Shown here one piece after another: positions 1 to 9,113 of a DNA stretch of 64,000 bases. A program made the position numbers and the translations under genes. Origin of the DNA: Candidatus Cloacimonadales bacterium (GTDB taxonomy: Bacteria > Cloacimonadota > Cloacimonadia > Cloacimonadales > JAFGVF01); contig OY762964.1 of assembly GCA_963667035.1 (NCBI GenBank), positions 1,088,001-1,152,000 on the forward strand, in the 5' to 3' direction. Positions within the stretch are counted from its first letter, which is position 1. Each line of letters begins with the position of its first letter. The notes below the pieces were generated by a model. It was not told where the DNA came from, did no database searches, and worked only from the letters and a program-made list of their open reading frames with translations.

Positions 1-175
1 TAGGACGTCCAATATTACCGGAATAAAGAACACTGAAATGAGACTCATTTACCTGCTCAAACACATGGTTACGGATTGTATTCCAATTTGAGGTTGATAA
101 ACGAGTTCGATTAGGAAGGTTCATATCCCAATCAAAAATTATATCTTGATTATGCTTGTTATTCTTCTTAAACAA
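1..175 (-). mobile_element. 5' end of a transposase gene (IS1182/IS5-like N-terminus), running off the window
   Basis: Hand translation from TTG at 175 after an AGGAG RBS gives MFKKNNKHNQDIIFDWDMNLPNRTRLSTSNWNTIRNHVFEQVNESHFSVLYSGNIGRP, open to the window edge. The 'F..VxE..FxxLYS...GRP' pattern recalls DUF772-type transposase N-termini. Not in the ORF track. Confidence 0.55.
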
Positions 176-446
176 TGTTGTCTCCTATCAAAAAAGATGA
201 TTCAAGTATAGATAAGGCAATGTTCTTTGCAAGCTTTTGGTATGATTTAAATAGTATTCTTTATATCTCTATTTATCACCCATCGAAAGGATGACTCTTT
301 TCTACAGAGTCATAATATTTTACTTCATTAATATACATTTCTTTGTGGAAACACTATCATCAGTCTTTATTCTATAGCGATCATAAAAATAATTCATCTC
401 ATAGAATCTCCTTTTCTTTATTCAATAACATGTAATAAATACGAAT

Positions 447-1742
447 TTACATATTATTGATTTTCAATATCTTTGACGAATATCTGATTCCCTTATTGTC
501 TGTTACATTTACAAAATAAACACCTGATGGGGCTTTATGACACATTCTATCTCTTCCGTCCCATTTTACTTCCTGTTGCTCTATAGGTATTTCTCTAATC
601 TTCTGCCCTCTCACATTAAATATTTCTAACTTTGCACTTTGTACGCTTTTTGATGGAAATTCAAGAACAATCGTTGTTTCGTCTGTAAAGGGGTTTGGGT
701 AATTAGAAATTTGATTTACAGGAGCTACAAAATCTTCATCGATAACTGTGGTTGTAGTCGGTTCCAGACTCTTCAATAATGTGGAAGGAGAGTAATTTCC
801 GTTAGCAATCACATATAAGTAATTATCAGAATTTAAGTAGAGGTAATCGACACCTGCATCACCGGGAATAAGGTCAGTCTGAACTTCTTCCCAAGTCTGA
901 CCATTATTCTGGGAGTAATGTACTCCTGCAAGATATTGAGGATAATTTCCCGTTCCAACATACAGATTATCATTTGAATCGTTTATGATAGTAAACATCT
1001 GGCTTGCATAACTGAAACACTGATTCCAAGTTTCTCCCTGATCTATTGAATGCATAACTACCTTCTCGTAAGTATAATAATTACCTGCAGTACAAGCAAA
1101 AAACTCTCCATTTGAATTTATCGTTAAGTCTTGGACAAAATAGTAATCCAATCCGATATGCTCCCATGTATCCCCCCGGTCATCAGATCGGTATATTCCT
1201 CCTGTAGTTCCTGAGCCCTCAAAATTTGTGGAACTGGCAAAAAGAACATTATTTTCATTACTAACAATCGAAGTCACAATCTCTTCATAAGTACATGCTA
1301 AAACCTGAACCCAATCTTCATTATCACTGTCATATTTATAAATACAGCCCCAACCGGTCAAAAACATAGTATCATCTGATGTTATAAAAAGATCAACAAG
1401 ATCATAGCCGGTTGGTCTATTCATTACATTCCAGGTAAGCCCTTGATCAATTGAATAATGCATACTAAGTAATGGTGGATATGAAAGTGCATAGATACAG
1501 TCAAGAGAATTAACACCTATTGTCTCAACTCCCGCTTCATCAAAAATCTGTTGCCATGAACTACCATTATCTACTGATTTAAATAAACAATCACGGGTTG
1601 CAAGATACATTACTCCCGTTGAGTCTTCCTGAAATCCCTTTATTCTTGACTCTGAACTAAACAACTCTTCAAAGTATTCCTGACCGAAACAAAGGGATGC
1701 ATATAACATGATTATAAATAAAAACCAATATCTCTTTTTCAC
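447..1742 (-). CDS. Secreted BNR/Asp-box beta-propeller protein with C-terminal FlgD-Ig/T9SS-A-like domain (paralog 1)
   Basis: Repeated SxDxGxxW Asp-boxes; NYPNPF...IFNVRGQKI...WDG tail; signal-like N-terminus. Start moved from 1817 to GTG at 1742, which follows a GAGGT RBS. Confidence 0.8.
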   Translation of the reverse strand: MKKRYWFLFIIMLYASLCFGQEYFEELFSSESRIKGFQEDSTGVMYLATRDCLFKSVDNGSSWQQIFDEAGVETIGVNSLDCIYALSYPPLLSMHYSIDQGLTWNVMNRPTGYDLVDLFITSDDTMFLTGWGCIYKYDSDNEDWVQVLACTYEEIVTSIVSNENNVLFASSTNFEGSGTTGGIYRSDDRGDTWEHIGLDYYFVQDLTINSNGEFFACTAGNYYTYEKVVMHSIDQGETWNQCFSYASQMFTIINDSNDNLYVGTGNYPQYLAGVHYSQNNGQTWEEVQTDLIPGDAGVDYLYLNSDNYLYVIANGNYSPSTLLKSLEPTTTTVIDEDFVAPVNQISNYPNPFTDETTIVLEFPSKSVQSAKLEIFNVRGQKIREIPIEQQEVKWDGRDRMCHKAPSGVYFVNVTDNKGIRYSSKILKINNM

Positions 1743-1972
1743 ACTTACCTCTTTTATAAAATAACTACCAATAATACCATGAATCTGATTACTACTTTCA
1801 GACACTTTTAACTCCACGATTCTATTATTACTATTGGTAATATAGTTGTCACATATCTTTCGTCATTAACTCACTTATCATTTGGGTTTAATCAAAAACG
1901 ATGTTTTCTCACTTTAAAAATGCTTCATTGTTCTTTTCCCGGCTATCAAATCCGGTTGTAATGAAAAAACAT

Positions 1973-3250
1973 CTACTTCATTAAAATACACTTCTTTGTT
2001 AAAATACCGGCTCCCGTTTGTATTCTATAGGAATAAATACCGGACGGAACCTTATTGCCCCTTTTATCTCGCCCGTCCCATTTTACTTCCTGTTGCTCTA
2101 CGGGTATTTCTCTAATCTTCTGCCCTTTCACATTGAATATTTCTAGCTTTGCACTTTGTACGTTTTTTGATGGATATTCAAGAACAATCGTTGTTTCGTC
2201 TGTAAATGGGTTTGGGTAATTAGAAATTTGATTTACTTGAACCACAAAATCTTCGTCGATAACTGTGGTCGTTGTTGGTTCCAGACTTTTCAATAATGTG
2301 TAAGGAGGATAATCTCCGTTAACTATTGCATATAAATAGTTATCTGAATCGCAGTAGAGATAATCAACTTGGGCATTATTAGATATCAGGTTTGTCTGAA
2401 GCTGATTCCAAGTCTGACCATTATCCTGAGAATAATGTATTCCTGCCTGATAAACAGGATAATTTCCCATTCCGACAAATAGATTATCATTAGAATCGGT
2501 GGTAATTGCAAACATCTGGCTAGCATAACTGAAACACTGATTCCAGGTTTCTCCCTGATCAGTTGATCGCATAATTACTTTTGAATGTGCTGTCGTATGA
2601 CCGGCTGTGCAGGCAAACAACTCATTGTTGGATGTTTCTGTTAAAGATTGGATGTAATAATTCGGTAATCTGATATTCTCCCATGTATCTCCTTGATCGA
2701 AGGATCTGTAAAATCCTCCCGGGTTCTTTGTGTTGGCAAGATATGCTGTAGAACCCGCATAATATGTTCCATCAGACGACTCAATAAAAGTATTAAATAC
2801 CTCTCCGCTGTTTGTAGAAAATGTTTGCTGCCATGTATAACCTCCATCTATTGATTTTGCAATACCACGCCAACCGTAGATGAATAGTTGTCCGATTGTA
2901 TCATATCTGAAATCTCTGCACCCAACAGTGCTATAATTAGATATTAATTGCCAATCTTCAAAATTAGTAGAGAAATAGCAATTACCTAAAGATTGAATGA
3001 ATATCCCATTTGAAGGAGTGATGCAAAACTGAAGTAATAAGTTTTCATCAAAAATCAAACTCCAGCTGTTTCCGTTATCGGTTGAGCGATGGAGACCGTC
3101 ATCATTCGTTAAGTAAAGATTTCCCAGACTATCGATTCCAAAATCATATATTCTTGACTCTGAACTAAACAACTCTTCAAAGTGTTCCTGACCGAAACAA
3201 AGGGATGCACATAACATGATTATAAATAAAAACCAATATCTCTTGCTCAC
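1973..3250 (-). CDS. Secreted BNR/Asp-box beta-propeller protein with C-terminal FlgD-Ig/T9SS-A-like domain (paralog 2)
   Basis: Same architecture as 447-1742; GTG at 3250 after GAGGT; tail ends SGIYSYRI...KKCILMK. Confidence 0.8.
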   Translation of the reverse strand: MSKRYWFLFIIMLCASLCFGQEHFEELFSSESRIYDFGIDSLGNLYLTNDDGLHRSTDNGNSWSLIFDENLLLQFCITPSNGIFIQSLGNCYFSTNFEDWQLISNYSTVGCRDFRYDTIGQLFIYGWRGIAKSIDGGYTWQQTFSTNSGEVFNTFIESSDGTYYAGSTAYLANTKNPGGFYRSFDQGDTWENIRLPNYYIQSLTETSNNELFACTAGHTTAHSKVIMRSTDQGETWNQCFSYASQMFAITTDSNDNLFVGMGNYPVYQAGIHYSQDNGQTWNQLQTNLISNNAQVDYLYCDSDNYLYAIVNGDYPPYTLLKSLEPTTTTVIDEDFVVQVNQISNYPNPFTDETTIVLEYPSKNVQSAKLEIFNVKGQKIREIPVEQQEVKWDGRDKRGNKVPSGIYSYRIQTGAGILTKKCILMK

Positions 3251-3459
3251 ACTTACCTCTTTTATAAAATAACTACCAATAATACCATGAATTTTACTAG
3301 AATTTTTAGATACTTTTATAAACGCCACAATTCTATTTGTTCTATTAGGATTTATATTGTCAAATAATACTTTTTTAATTTAGTCTCCCCATAAAGAGTG
3401 TATCAACATGCATATATAGCTTGACTATATAGTATAATCAGTATAAAAAACTGGGAGTT

Positions 3460-4092
3460 TTATGATAAAGAATAAACCTGAAGAACTTGACCTTTTTGGA
3501 GGATGCTAATTTCCGGTAAAAGATTAGGATATATCTTCAACTTATGCTTCCAATTGGTTGTTACTACATAACGCTTCGGAGGTCTTAACAACAGGTTATT
3601 CATACGTAACAACTCTATTAGTTTATCCCTACCTATCTTTAGGTTAGGATCATTTTGTTTCTCAAGCATTTTTATTATCATTCGATAGCCTGTTGTCTCC
3701 TGTTCTCGTCGGAACTCTTCAACAAGTCTCACTATCTCACGGTCTCTCGCAGCATCTCGCTCGAGTATTTTCTTATGCTTATTATAGCCTTGTCTTGTAT
3801 AGCCGTACACTTTCAAATACGCCCTAATCCTCTGTATTTAAGTCCGCATTCAACAGCTCTTTCTTGAGTTTCTCCTGCACTATCGAACCAAGCTTTTTTT
3901 TAAATCCATACCTAGCTTCTTTCCTGAAACCTCGATTAAAGTCTCAAGTGCTAACTCTTTTAGGTAACTGTCATCAAGTGCACGCTGAAGGCGCCTATTC
4001 TCCTTACGTAAGCGAATCAATTCTGATTTTTCATCTTTACTCATCATTTCTCCTGTTCCTTTTTATTAGGGTAACCTATCCAGGACAGTACA
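3460..4092 (-). pseudogene. Degenerate IS3-family element, left part (IRL, truncated orfA, slippery site, frameshifted orfB 5' part)
   Basis: IR TGTACTGTCCTGGATAGGTTAC starts at 4092 on the minus strand, identical to 53653. A8G slippery run at 3893-3901. The orfB fragment contains the HTH_21-like GYR...IGRDKL..LLR...L...PKRYVVTTNWKH...YPNLL segment. Confidence 0.75.
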
Positions 4093-4110
4093 ATCTTTCA
4101 CTGCTAAAGT

Positions 4111-4215
4111 TATCAACGCACTGCGTTCGCACTGTGTCTGCAGTGTGAATGCACTGTCAACCCACTGATTCACCGGGTTCATAGTACGTGCACAGTGGGA
4201 AAACAGTGGGATGAT
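4111..4215 (-). repeat. Phased CACTG/CAGTG dyad element, copy A
   Basis: Reverse complement aligns without gaps to copies at 18928, 35289 and 53539. Confidence 0.85.
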
Positions 4216-4313
4216 TATGCTTTGCTGGAGTTTGCCATGAAACCTTCACGTTATGATCTCCCGTTTTGCCCTAGATTAACAAGCACAAAATCGAAGCATG
4301 CATGTCACAAAAA

Positions 4314-4376
4314 ACTTGCAACGTTCTTGCATAGTTATGCAAGATTTATGCAAGGGTTATGCAAGAGTCTTGTAAG
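4314..4376. repeat. Second 11-bp-phased dyad array with TTGCA/TGCAA core
   Basis: TGCA at 4317, 4328, 4338, 4349, 4360 and TGTA at 4371; central near-palindrome CTTGCATAGTTATGCAAG. Confidence 0.65.
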
Positions 4377-4498
4377 TTGGATGTGGTTATTTGTCATGAG
4401 AGAATCATGAGATTGAAGAGGTAGATTGAGTTAGTTAGAGATATATTTTGTGAATAGGTCTATATCCCAACGGGATAAAATATGAGTAGCCATGTGTC

Positions 4499-4664
4499 AA
4501 ATGCATGGTACACCGGGTACGCCTACATCTTGCAGGCTTTGGATTAAATAAAATACATGGTACACTGGGTACGCCTGCATCTTGCAGGCTCTGAATTAAA
4601 TAAAATGCATGTGCGGACAAGATGTCCGCGTTCCCAAAACAAACGGACAATATGTACGTGCTCC
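4499..4664. repeat. REP/BIME-like cluster: two 52-bp tandem units followed by inverted REP-like copies
   Basis: Units 4499-4550 and 4551-4602 each carry GGGTACGCCT(A/G)CATCTTGCAGGC. An inverted GCGGACAAGATGTCCGCGTTCCC lies at 4613-4635 and a degenerate copy at 4643-4664. Confidence 0.7.
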
Positions 4665-4799
4665 TAGACACAAACAAGTAAGGAAATTCGCTTTCCGACT
4701 AATGATACCCCTACAATAAATCCAATATTCATCTTCAATAAAGATGAATACATAGAAATTCTTGATACTTCTTAGATTCAATTCGGTTAACCTACAGAA

Positions 4800-4991
4800 C
4801 AGGAGACAACAGGAGCAGTAGAGGCATTTAATAAAGCATAAAGTGGTACAAAAATCCCTCGATGGATAATACTTCACTCTGATTATGGAGTCCGGTACGG
4901 TAGTAAATCAATTTAGAAAAGATAGAATTATTTCGTCAAATGAAGTAAACTGAGTAAATGAAACTATGGTAAATTTATTTAGGACACTACA
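4800..4991 (+). pseudogene. IS3-family right-end remnant (integrase core fragment plus IRR)
   Basis: Translates ETTGAVEAFNKA*SGTKIPRWIILHSDYGVRYGSKS, compare the rve motif LIHHSDxGxQY. Ends in GGTAAATTTATTTAGGACACTACA, whose reverse complement resembles the IRL at 4092/53653. Confidence 0.6.
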
Positions 4992-5225
4992 CTATTGGTA
5001 GAAGTATTCCTAATAATTTAGGAATAAAAAGAAAATATAGTAAAATAATATTATGTTGACAATAGATAAGCATATGTAATTACTATCAAAAATAAGCATA
5101 GTCGAAATTAAAACATTTAATCTTATAACGTTGTGTCTCAAGATGTAACTTTACGATTAGTGCTTGCAAATCAGGAAAAGTATTAACAAAAGGGTTAATT
5201 TCTATATGTCGTAGGAGTAAAAAAC

Positions 5226-6875
5226 ATGACAGAAAATAGACCATTTTATTGTAACAATTCAAATCCTAAAAGGTGTAAAAGATGTTGTAAAATGTTTGAG
5301 ATGCTATATATACTAATCATGACTGATCAAAGAGTGTCTGGATTATGGGGATACTCTGAAGCACCAATAGCAAGAGCAATTTTATTAGGTAAAGAGGAGT
5401 ATTCTAGAAAAGACTCATTTATCCGAGGAAGTACTACTCATACAGATGTCATCGCTCAAAATCTAAAGAATTTTCTAAATAATATTCGAGGTAAAAATGA
5501 TATTGCTAAAGACAAGTTTGAAGTAGTCAAAAGAAGTATCTTAAATGGACTTAAAACAAAGAAAAGAGTATATCAAAACAAAGAATATTACACAGATATA
5601 ATGATGCCTATTCATGAAGAGATACCTAACAAATTTATAGATAGAAATATCAGACATACATCATCCGGTGTTATGCTTTTGTTTAATCTCGATCAAATAG
5701 GGAATGATTTTTATAGTGGAGTTAACTTTTTACTCAATAACTACGAAAAAGCAATTGATAGCCTTCCGATAATAACTGTTCCAACTCTTTTCAGATTAGT
5801 TAACATTTTGATTGATAATATTGATAAAATAGATAGCAATCGGATACAACTTGATAATATTGATATTAAAGATGATAGAGAGTATACGATTAAGACATAT
5901 CTGAAGACAATACAAGATTATTTGTATAATACTGAATTCATTCGTCAGAGAATATCTAGTGAAAAGTCAGGTAAATTTATTAGTGAGGATGGATTCTTAA
6001 ATAGTAGACAGGATGTAGCTAATGACCCAGCAGGAATATATTGGACTTTGTGGATGATTTCCTATATGCCTCAACTAATTAAAAAAAATAAAGATGAGAT
6101 GGTAAAGGTAATCAAGTATTTAACATCAGAGAAGATAGAATTAAACGGTGGAATACCTATATTAACTGGTGATGATCCGGTAAGAAAACATGTAAGAAGT
6201 ACAGTCCCTTATGATTTAGGTAAACATCCTGACTTTGGTATGACTGGACATATGATTTATGTGTTAAATATCTTTGCTAAAGAAATTAAAGATAAAACTG
6301 ATGCTGAATACATAAAAAACAAGGCGTGTGATTACTTTGATTTTCTACTTAAGAATGTTACTAAACGAAATTATCATGAAACATCAACGACTAAAGCATA
6401 TTCATATATACTTGGTTTAGAATTATGCCCTACAGTTGTGGAATACTTTACAAAAGAAAAGCTGGAAAGTATACATAAAGCTAATGATCAAGTTCAAAAA
6501 TTAAAAAAATATAACAGGAATAAATTGAATAGAATTTTATCAAAGAATCTACACATTAGCGTTATCTATAGAAGAGTATTGATAATGTTTCTAAAGAAAA
6601 AGAGATTTGGGGAAAGGTGTTTACAGGAAAAAGGTAACAAATCAGCTTATAAAATTTATTCAAGACCTAAGTCACTAAAAAAAATAGCTTATTTACTAGC
6701 CATGTTTGTAGTACTAATCACTACAAGTTATTATCTCAAGATTCATGATGTTGTGTTTAGGCTTTTTATGCTAGATGCTACAGAATATCAAATTATAATT
6801 GTTAATACAATATTTGCTCTTATAGCATCTACAGCATTCAAATTAACATTATGGATTTTTAATAGAGAAAGATAA
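5226..6875 (+). CDS. Hypothetical AT-rich protein with two C-terminal transmembrane segments
   Basis: 549-aa ORF with AGGAG RBS; hydrophobic C-terminal stretches; only weak resemblance to prenyltransferase/squalene-oxidase-type repeats. Confidence 0.6.
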   Translation: MTENRPFYCNNSNPKRCKRCCKMFEMLYILIMTDQRVSGLWGYSEAPIARAILLGKEEYSRKDSFIRGSTTHTDVIAQNLKNFLNNIRGKNDIAKDKFEVVKRSILNGLKTKKRVYQNKEYYTDIMMPIHEEIPNKFIDRNIRHTSSGVMLLFNLDQIGNDFYSGVNFLLNNYEKAIDSLPIITVPTLFRLVNILIDNIDKIDSNRIQLDNIDIKDDREYTIKTYLKTIQDYLYNTEFIRQRISSEKSGKFISEDGFLNSRQDVANDPAGIYWTLWMISYMPQLIKKNKDEMVKVIKYLTSEKIELNGGIPILTGDDPVRKHVRSTVPYDLGKHPDFGMTGHMIYVLNIFAKEIKDKTDAEYIKNKACDYFDFLLKNVTKRNYHETSTTKAYSYILGLELCPTVVEYFTKEKLESIHKANDQVQKLKKYNRNKLNRILSKNLHISVIYRRVLIMFLKKKRFGERCLQEKGNKSAYKIYSRPKSLKKIAYLLAMFVVLITTSYYLKIHDVVFRLFMLDATEYQIIIVNTIFALIASTAFKLTLWIFNRER

Positions 6876-7554
6876 CTAGTTCAAAATCATTTCCCATGAT
6901 TAATGGACTTGAATTCATCCAACGGGATAGAACAAATACAAGAGATATAAATCAGATTCTTATGATAGGATTCTTACGTTCTCAGAAAAGGCAACTTGAG
7001 TTGTCTTAATGATGAATGTTGTGTCAGATGTTGAAGTGATGCATTTTCTTGTGTTTTGCTTATAGATGTTATGTAATTAATTAGTATTTATACTAACTAG
7101 AATACTAAGCGATAAATAAATTAACGGGTAGTTTTATTACACTAAGGCATTAGCTTTCCTCATAACTGATATTATCACTTTAATAGTTTACATTCTCCCC
7201 ATCAACAAATCCACTATGATTTAGCGATTTTATTCTATGTAGATTTCATAACTTACATATATCTTCACTTTCTTCTTTACAACTAAAAAAGTATATCGAT
7301 AATTGACGGTTGGTCTAAACAACAAACTAAGAGAGACGGTAAGGAGAGTCAAAAACTATTGATGTTAAGTGGTTTGATATTGTTTTTTATTTTTACGTTT
7401 TTAATTGTCGTAACATTTGAATTCAAACTACACTTATCAATGGGTAACAACAAGATTCCGTCTGAGTTTGAATCAACCTGGTTACGAAGTGTTTTTCTTA
7501 AAACAAACAAGAACAAGGCTGTTGTACATACGATAGCTGGAGCGAGGAACTAAG

Positions 7555-9027
7555 ATGAAGACTATAAGGGTTAACAAAATCGCATTCAGGTTGAATGGAT
7601 GGTTGGTAAGAGCAGTTTGTAAGCCTGCTGAGACAGCGTTGGAAATGTTGCACAGGTTAGGAATGCTGAGCGTGAAAGAAGTGTGTTCGGAAGGAGATTG
7701 TGGGGCTTGTACAATAGCTGTAGGAGAGATTATCGAGTCGAAACTTCATTACAAATCCATCACTTCATGCATCTATCCGGCTACCAAACTCCATGGAAAA
7801 CATGTTGTTACTGTTGAAGGTTTAGGCTCTCCTGAAAACATGCACATAATACAAAAAGTGCTTTATGAAAACCACGGAACTCAATGTGGATTTTGTACAC
7901 CCGGTATTATTATGAGCATATTCTGTTTGTTAGTGGAGAATCGGAAACCTTTGATTGAGGATTTCAAAACAGCGTTAGAGGGCAATCTATGTAGGTGTAC
8001 AGGTTACAAGCATATTGTTAATGCGGGAGAAGAGCTTATTGCCAAAGTTCATGGTGAGTTACTGAATCATTCCGAAATATTAACTGATTCTGAGGAAAAA
8101 ATAATTAACGATTTAAAATCAATATCGGAAGATATACCAAGTTTAGAACAAGAAGTTGAAGACCATTATCCGGTAGAGTCTTATTTAATTCCAAAGAATC
8201 TGGATGATATGTATGGTTGTATGGAACGTAGGGGATATACAGTTATTTGTGGAGCTACCGATTTAGGTGTAGAAGCTAATATAAGGAGAGATTTCCATAC
8301 TGAGTACTTGGACATCTCGGAAGTTAAGGAGCTTCGGTACATTGATGAATTGGAGGGAGTAGTTAAGATAGGTGCAACCGCAACTTTGACTGAGATTATG
8401 AATGACCCGGTTGTTCAAAAATGGTTCCCTTCTTTGGTCGAGACTATCAAGATTATGTCTTCAACACAAATACGTAATGTCGCCTCGTTAGGTGGTAATA
8501 TTTGCAATGCCAGTCCTATTGCTGACGGGACATCTGCACTGCTTGGTTTGAATGCTAAACTGTTGATTGATGGTGTATGGGGTGAACGATTCATTAAGTT
8601 GAGTGATTTCTACAAGGGTTACAAAGACATAGATTTATCTGAGAATGAACTGATTGTCGCAATAGTGATACCTAAGAAGGAATTTACATATTCAGGTTTC
8701 ATAAAAAGCTCTAAACGTACCAATGTTGATATTTCCTCAGTAAACTCTTCAATGTCTGTCAGCATTCATGAAGGGGAAGTATATGATATGAACTTAGCAT
8801 TCGGTGGAGTGAAAGAATATCCTGCATTGGCTGAGAAAACTATGGAATACCTACTATTCAAACCGATAACAGATAAGGTGATAGAGAAAGCTATAAATAT
8901 TGCAGTTAATGAGTTTAATCCGATTAGTGACGTAAGAGGAAGTGATGAATATCGCTCTTTACTGATTAGGAACCATTTAAAGAAACACTTTGATAGATTA
9001 AAATTGGCTATGAATAGTCACTGCTAA
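7555..9027 (+). CDS. xdhA: Xanthine dehydrogenase small subunit (two [2Fe-2S] clusters plus FAD)
   Basis: CSEGDCGAC, QCGFCTPG and GNLCRCTGY motifs; FAD motifs GATDL, QIRNVASLGGN, ASPIADG, ISDVRGSDEYR. Confidence 0.9.
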   Translation: MKTIRVNKIAFRLNGWLVRAVCKPAETALEMLHRLGMLSVKEVCSEGDCGACTIAVGEIIESKLHYKSITSCIYPATKLHGKHVVTVEGLGSPENMHIIQKVLYENHGTQCGFCTPGIIMSIFCLLVENRKPLIEDFKTALEGNLCRCTGYKHIVNAGEELIAKVHGELLNHSEILTDSEEKIINDLKSISEDIPSLEQEVEDHYPVESYLIPKNLDDMYGCMERRGYTVICGATDLGVEANIRRDFHTEYLDISEVKELRYIDELEGVVKIGATATLTEIMNDPVVQKWFPSLVETIKIMSSTQIRNVASLGGNICNASPIADGTSALLGLNAKLLIDGVWGERFIKLSDFYKGYKDIDLSENELIVAIVIPKKEFTYSGFIKSSKRTNVDISSVNSSMSVSIHEGEVYDMNLAFGGVKEYPALAEKTMEYLLFKPITDKVIEKAINIAVNEFNPISDVRGSDEYRSLLIRNHLKKHFDRLKLAMNSHC

Positions 9028-9113
9028 GCATAACTTAATGTGTGACAACTAAAACTATTAAGGAAGTCTGTTTTCATAACTAATTACATACTCCCTTAAT
9101 ATGCGGAGAATTT

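Noticed and set aside
447..3328. Diversity-generating retroelement acting on the paralog pair
   Set aside because: No reverse transcriptase in the window, both repeats are coding, and differences are not adenine-specific.
4499..4611. CRISPR array
   Set aside because: Only two full units, the intervening sequences are near-identical rather than unique spacers, and no cas genes are present.
4899..4990. IS1-type MITE bounded by GGTAGT...ACTAC
   Set aside because: The left 'end' is part of the IS3 integrase fragment (YGSKS), and the right end matches the IS3 IR better.
6916..6932. ATCCAACGGGATA resembling the palindrome at 4463-4477
   Set aside because: Too short and degenerate to distinguish from chance.
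7359..7553. 64-aa ORF or known purine riboswitch upstream of xdhA
   Set aside because: No protein motif and no match by eye to the purine riboswitch consensus; kept only as a candidate structured leader.
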